NCBI GenBank assembly: GCA_019746425.1
Contig: JAIERY010000185.1
Coordinates: forward strand, 1-41,590
Direction: 5' to 3'
Source of the DNA: Cytophagaceae bacterium
Lineage (GTDB): Bacteria; Bacteroidota; Bacteroidia; Cytophagales; Cytophagaceae
DNA: 41,590 nucleotides
Shown: piece after piece, positions 38,873 to 41,590 of the stretch
How positions within the stretch are numbered: position 1 is the stretch's first letter
Layout: every line of letters begins with the position of its first letter
Translations under genes and position numbers: made by a program
The notes under the pieces: model-generated
Seen by the model: the letters and a program-made list of their open reading frames with translations, nothing else
What the model was told of the DNA's origin: nothing
Database searches by the model: none

Positions 38873-39529
38873 TCAGAATTTATACCCCAAAGCAGGGAAA
38901 ACGTAAGCCGAAATAAATGGTTTTCCTTCAGAATCGAAATTGCCCTGCACTCCCAGCATAAAATTGGCTGTGATATGATCTCCCAGCATATTGATATGGT
39001 ATCCTCCGGAAAGCCCGAAACTAAAAGGATTTGGCTTTTTGATCTCTTCCAAAGGATTCAAATTACTGAATTTTTTCCAGTTATCATTTATGCTGTAGGG
39101 TTTGGTCGTTCCATCGAAATAGACAATCTGACTGAAGGCAACGTTGCTTTGCAGGTAAAATCCATCAGGTGCGCTGCCCTTCAGATAGTATTTGCAAGCC
39201 AGTTCTACTCTGATTCCATCTTCCAGGAAGCTCTCACTCTTAATTTTCATATTGGCTTTTTTGCCATCCATACGACCAAGTTTGCCAAAAAAGCCTGTAT
39301 TCAGGGAAAGTCTTTTGCTGAGAGGCAATTCTAATTCTATGCCTATGGTTTTCCAGAATATCGCTGGTGATATTTTTATGTTAAAGCCTGCAAAGCTCGC
39401 CTGTGTTTTATAATAGTTATGAGAATAATATGAAGCACGCGGATATCCGGTCTCTTTTCCGGCTATCAGAGGGCAGGAAAAAGTAATAATGAATAAAAAT
39501 AAAAGCAGGACTTGTCTCAACGATGTCAA
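38873..39529 (-). CDS. Hypothetical outer-membrane beta-barrel-like protein
   Basis: Signal peptide, amphipathic strands and terminal LGYKF beta-signal; TTG start uncertain. Confidence 0.65.
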   Translation of the reverse strand: MTSLRQVLLLFLFIITFSCPLIAGKETGYPRASYYSHNYYKTQASFAGFNIKISPAIFWKTIGIELELPLSKRLSLNTGFFGKLGRMDGKKANMKIKSESFLEDGIRVELACKYYLKGSAPDGFYLQSNVAFSQIVYFDGTTKPYSINDNWKKFSNLNPLEEIKKPNPFSFGLSGGYHINMLGDHITANFMLGVQGNFDSEGKPFISAYVFPALGYKF

Positions 39530-39634
39530 AAAAATAAAGTCCTAATTTAATAATTATCCCAGATTTGGAAAACTAAGCATGCATCAACCTTTCAAAAATC
39601 ATTTATAAAAATCCCTTTTTACTTATAAGCTTTA

Positions 39635-39642
39635 TATCTTTG
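39635..39642 (+). promoter_or_regulatory. -7 promoter box for pheS
   Basis: TATCTTTG 5 nt upstream of ATG 39648. Confidence 0.7.
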
Positions 39643-39647
39643 TGCCT

Positions 39648-40673
39648 ATGCTAGATAAAATAAAAGAGATTTATAAGGAAGTTGAAGAGTTCAAGGTAGA
39701 TAACAAGGAACATCTTGAGCAGTTTCGTTTGTCCTTTGTAAGCCGTAAAGGAAAGATCACCGAGTTGTTTGAAGAACTGAAGCAGGTAGCGCAGGAAGAG
39801 AAAAAGGCGATGGGGCAGGAGCTGAATAAGCTCAAGAATAAAGCAGAGGAAAAATTTAAAGAGCTAAATGAGCATTTTGAAAATCAGAAATCGTCTTCCG
39901 TAAATACAGGTATTGATGTTACACTGCCGTCTGTGCCCAATGAATTAGGTTCAAGACATCCTTTAAGTATAGTCAGAGAGAAGATCGTGAGAGTGTTTGA
40001 GAGAATGGGATTTAATCTTTCCGAAGGGCCGGAGATAGAAGATGACTGGCATAATTTTACCGCACTTAATTTTCCTGAGAATCACCCTGCCAGAGAAATG
40101 CAGGACACTTTTTTCATTGAGAAAAATCCTGATATCGCTTTGCGTACACATACATCCTCTGTGCAGGTACGTGTGATGGAAAATCAAAAGCCTCCGATAA
40201 GGACTTTGTCGCCGGGAAGAGTTTTCAGAAACGAAGCAATATCTGCGCGTGCGCATTGTGTGTTTCACCAGGTAGAAGGATTGTATATAGATGAGAACGT
40301 AAGCTTCGCGGATCTGAAGCAAACGCTTTATCATTTTGCGAAAGAGATGTTTGGTAAGGACACCAAGATAAGATTCAGACCATCTTTCTTCCCATTCACC
40401 GAGCCAAGCGCGGAGATTGATATCACCTGCCTGATATGCAAAGGGCAGGGATGCAATATCTGTAAATACAGCGGCTGGGTGGAAATCGGCGGTGCGGGTA
40501 TGGTAGATCCGAATGTATTGGAGAATTGTAAAATAGATTCTAAAAAATATACAGGCTTCGCATTCGGAATGGGAATAGAAAGAATTACTATGCTGAAGTA
40601 CGGAATAAAAGACCTGAGATTATTTACGGAAAATGATGTGAGGTTTTTGAGGCAGTTTACATCACTGGGTTAA
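39648..40673 (+). CDS. pheS: Phenylalanine-tRNA ligase alpha subunit
   Basis: HPAREMQDTF, LRTHTS, FHQVEG, FPFTEPS and GFAFGMGIER motifs. The track's GTG at 39642 overlaps the promoter box. Confidence 0.97.
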   Translation: MLDKIKEIYKEVEEFKVDNKEHLEQFRLSFVSRKGKITELFEELKQVAQEEKKAMGQELNKLKNKAEEKFKELNEHFENQKSSSVNTGIDVTLPSVPNELGSRHPLSIVREKIVRVFERMGFNLSEGPEIEDDWHNFTALNFPENHPAREMQDTFFIEKNPDIALRTHTSSVQVRVMENQKPPIRTLSPGRVFRNEAISARAHCVFHQVEGLYIDENVSFADLKQTLYHFAKEMFGKDTKIRFRPSFFPFTEPSAEIDITCLICKGQGCNICKYSGWVEIGGAGMVDPNVLENCKIDSKKYTGFAFGMGIERITMLKYGIKDLRLFTENDVRFLRQFTSLG

Positions 40674-40939
40674 AAGTTTTAAAGTTGGAGGGTTGAAAAG
40701 TTAGAAGGCTTAAATAATTATTTTATAGTTAATCCTCTTGTGCGAACGATAATTAAAAAACAAAAAACTGGCGCGATACGTCCTGGTTGGTGCTGGCAAC
40801 GAATAAAGTGTGAATATTCTGTTTTAATCAAAATATTTGCTGATGAAAACCTGATTATCAATAGGGCGCATAGGCCGGCGGGGGTCTCATGGAGATTGAT
40901 TCTGGATATATTCTGAAGATAAAAAGACCACATAATTTA

Positions 40940-40954
40940 TGGTATGCTTTTTGT
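40940..40954 (+). promoter_or_regulatory. Possible sigma54-type -24/-12 promoter
   Basis: TGGTATGCTTTTTGT: GG-N10-GT spacing, imperfect against GG-N10-GC. Confidence 0.35.
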
Positions 40955-40988
40955 CTTTATAATATTAAATTAAACAAGTGAAAAATTT

Positions 40989-41297
40989 ATGAAAAAAACT
41001 ATCATAATGCTAAGCTTTATAATATTCATAGTGTTTGTTCATAAAGCAAATGCCCAGGTTCATGTAGATGTGAATGTGAATCCTCACCCGGTTTATGTAG
41101 AGCCTCATGCTCCGGTATATGTAAATCCTCATCCGGTTTATGTTGTACCCCAACATAATCTCTACGTTGCTCCGCAACATGGTGTATATGTGGCTCCTCA
41201 TTCGGTGTATGTAAACCATCATAATAACAATCCATATTCCGGCGGAGGTCATGGAAACAACTATTCGATAAACAGGAAGCATCGGATAGGGCATTAA
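40989..41297 (+). CDS. Small secreted His/Pro/Val-rich repeat protein
   Basis: Signal peptide ending ANA-Q; repeated (P/G/S)VYV units; His/Asn/Gly-rich tail. Confidence 0.75.
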   Translation: MKKTIIMLSFIIFIVFVHKANAQVHVDVNVNPHPVYVEPHAPVYVNPHPVYVVPQHNLYVAPQHGVYVAPHSVYVNHHNNNPYSGGGHGNNYSINRKHRIGH

Positions 41298-41349
41298 TAA
41301 TAACTGAGGATTTGCCTGGCTAATCTAAAATAATTTTTGAAGAAGGAAT

Positions 41350-41416
41350 AAGAAGCCGGTAGCGGTGACTTGTTTCTTCTTTTTTTTTCTCCCTTGCAGG
41401 CGGAGACACCTGCAAG
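41350..41416 (+). terminator. Imperfect terminator followed by a second hairpin
   Basis: AGAAGCCGGT..ACTTGTTTCT plus a T-tract, then CTTGCAGG-N8-CCTGCAAG (41393-41416). Confidence 0.45.
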
Positions 41417-41465
41417 ACGGGCTATCTGTTAAAATAATCCATATAGTGAGTCAGAAACCCAAATG

Positions 41466-41473
41466 TATCTTTG
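41466..41473 (+). promoter_or_regulatory. -7 promoter box for a gene at or beyond the right edge
   Basis: TATCTTTG; candidate ATG at 41580. Confidence 0.6.
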
Positions 41474-41590
41474 CCATTTTCGCCGAGGTTGGTAGGTTCG
41501 TTGGTTGTGCCAGCGATTTCTATGGATTAAGCAAGCTCATGTGTATAAATTTTTTCATATTTTCTATTTTCTTTAACACATGCAAAAATT

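Noticed and set aside
1130..40334. Numerous 60-170 aa ORFs overlapping large genes (e.g. 2776-3222, 23700-24182, 38816-39334, 39963-40334)
   Set aside because: Antisense or off-frame shadows of well-supported genes, with no independent evidence.
39648..40673. pheS without adjacent pheT, and its CxxC-x3-CxxC insert
   Set aside because: Both are, to my knowledge, ordinary for Bacteroidota PheS.
40718..40933. 71-aa minus-strand ORF after pheS
   Set aside because: No motifs or signal; the region is better explained as regulatory DNA for the downstream gene.
41010..41294. Two minus-strand ORFs over the His/Pro/Val gene
   Set aside because: Shadows of the repeat; only the plus-strand ORF has a signal peptide.
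41480..41545. tRNA suggested by GGTTCG
   Set aside because: No cloverleaf, acceptor stem or correctly placed T-arm.

Overview
Chromosomal backbone of a Bacteroidota bacterium, probably Cytophagales. This assignment is inferred from TAnnTTTG promoters, the porZ-recO linkage, a T9SS C-terminal domain and the CxxxY-type CcmE. Left to right the window holds: (1) a window-edge integrase-N-terminus-like ORF missed by the ORF track, running into IS200/IS605/REP-like hairpins; (2) acyl-CoA dehydrogenase-rpsU-xerC-hpf on the minus strand; (3) a seven-gene nucleotide-sugar precursor cluster; (4) chrA, a lipoprotein, porZ-recO and a conserved hypothetical gene; (5) an AT-rich two-gene insert encoding a T9SS-secreted GH-A-like enzyme with a recently triplicated 306-bp propeller-like repeat, plus a methyltransferase; (6) a long minus-strand run, in transcription order ccmBCDEF, DUF2520, kdsC, class D beta-lactamase, UbiA-family gene, purN, purH, mreBCD, mrdA, rodA; (7) two hypothetical envelope genes, pheS, a small secreted His/Pro/Val-rich repeat protein and a possible structured leader at the right edge. 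Many intergenic spacers and gene ends carry 7-nt-periodic hairpins, one inserted in frame in the beta-lactamase N-terminus. No rRNA, tRNA or CRISPR array was recognised. All family assignments come from motifs read by eye; no database searches were run.
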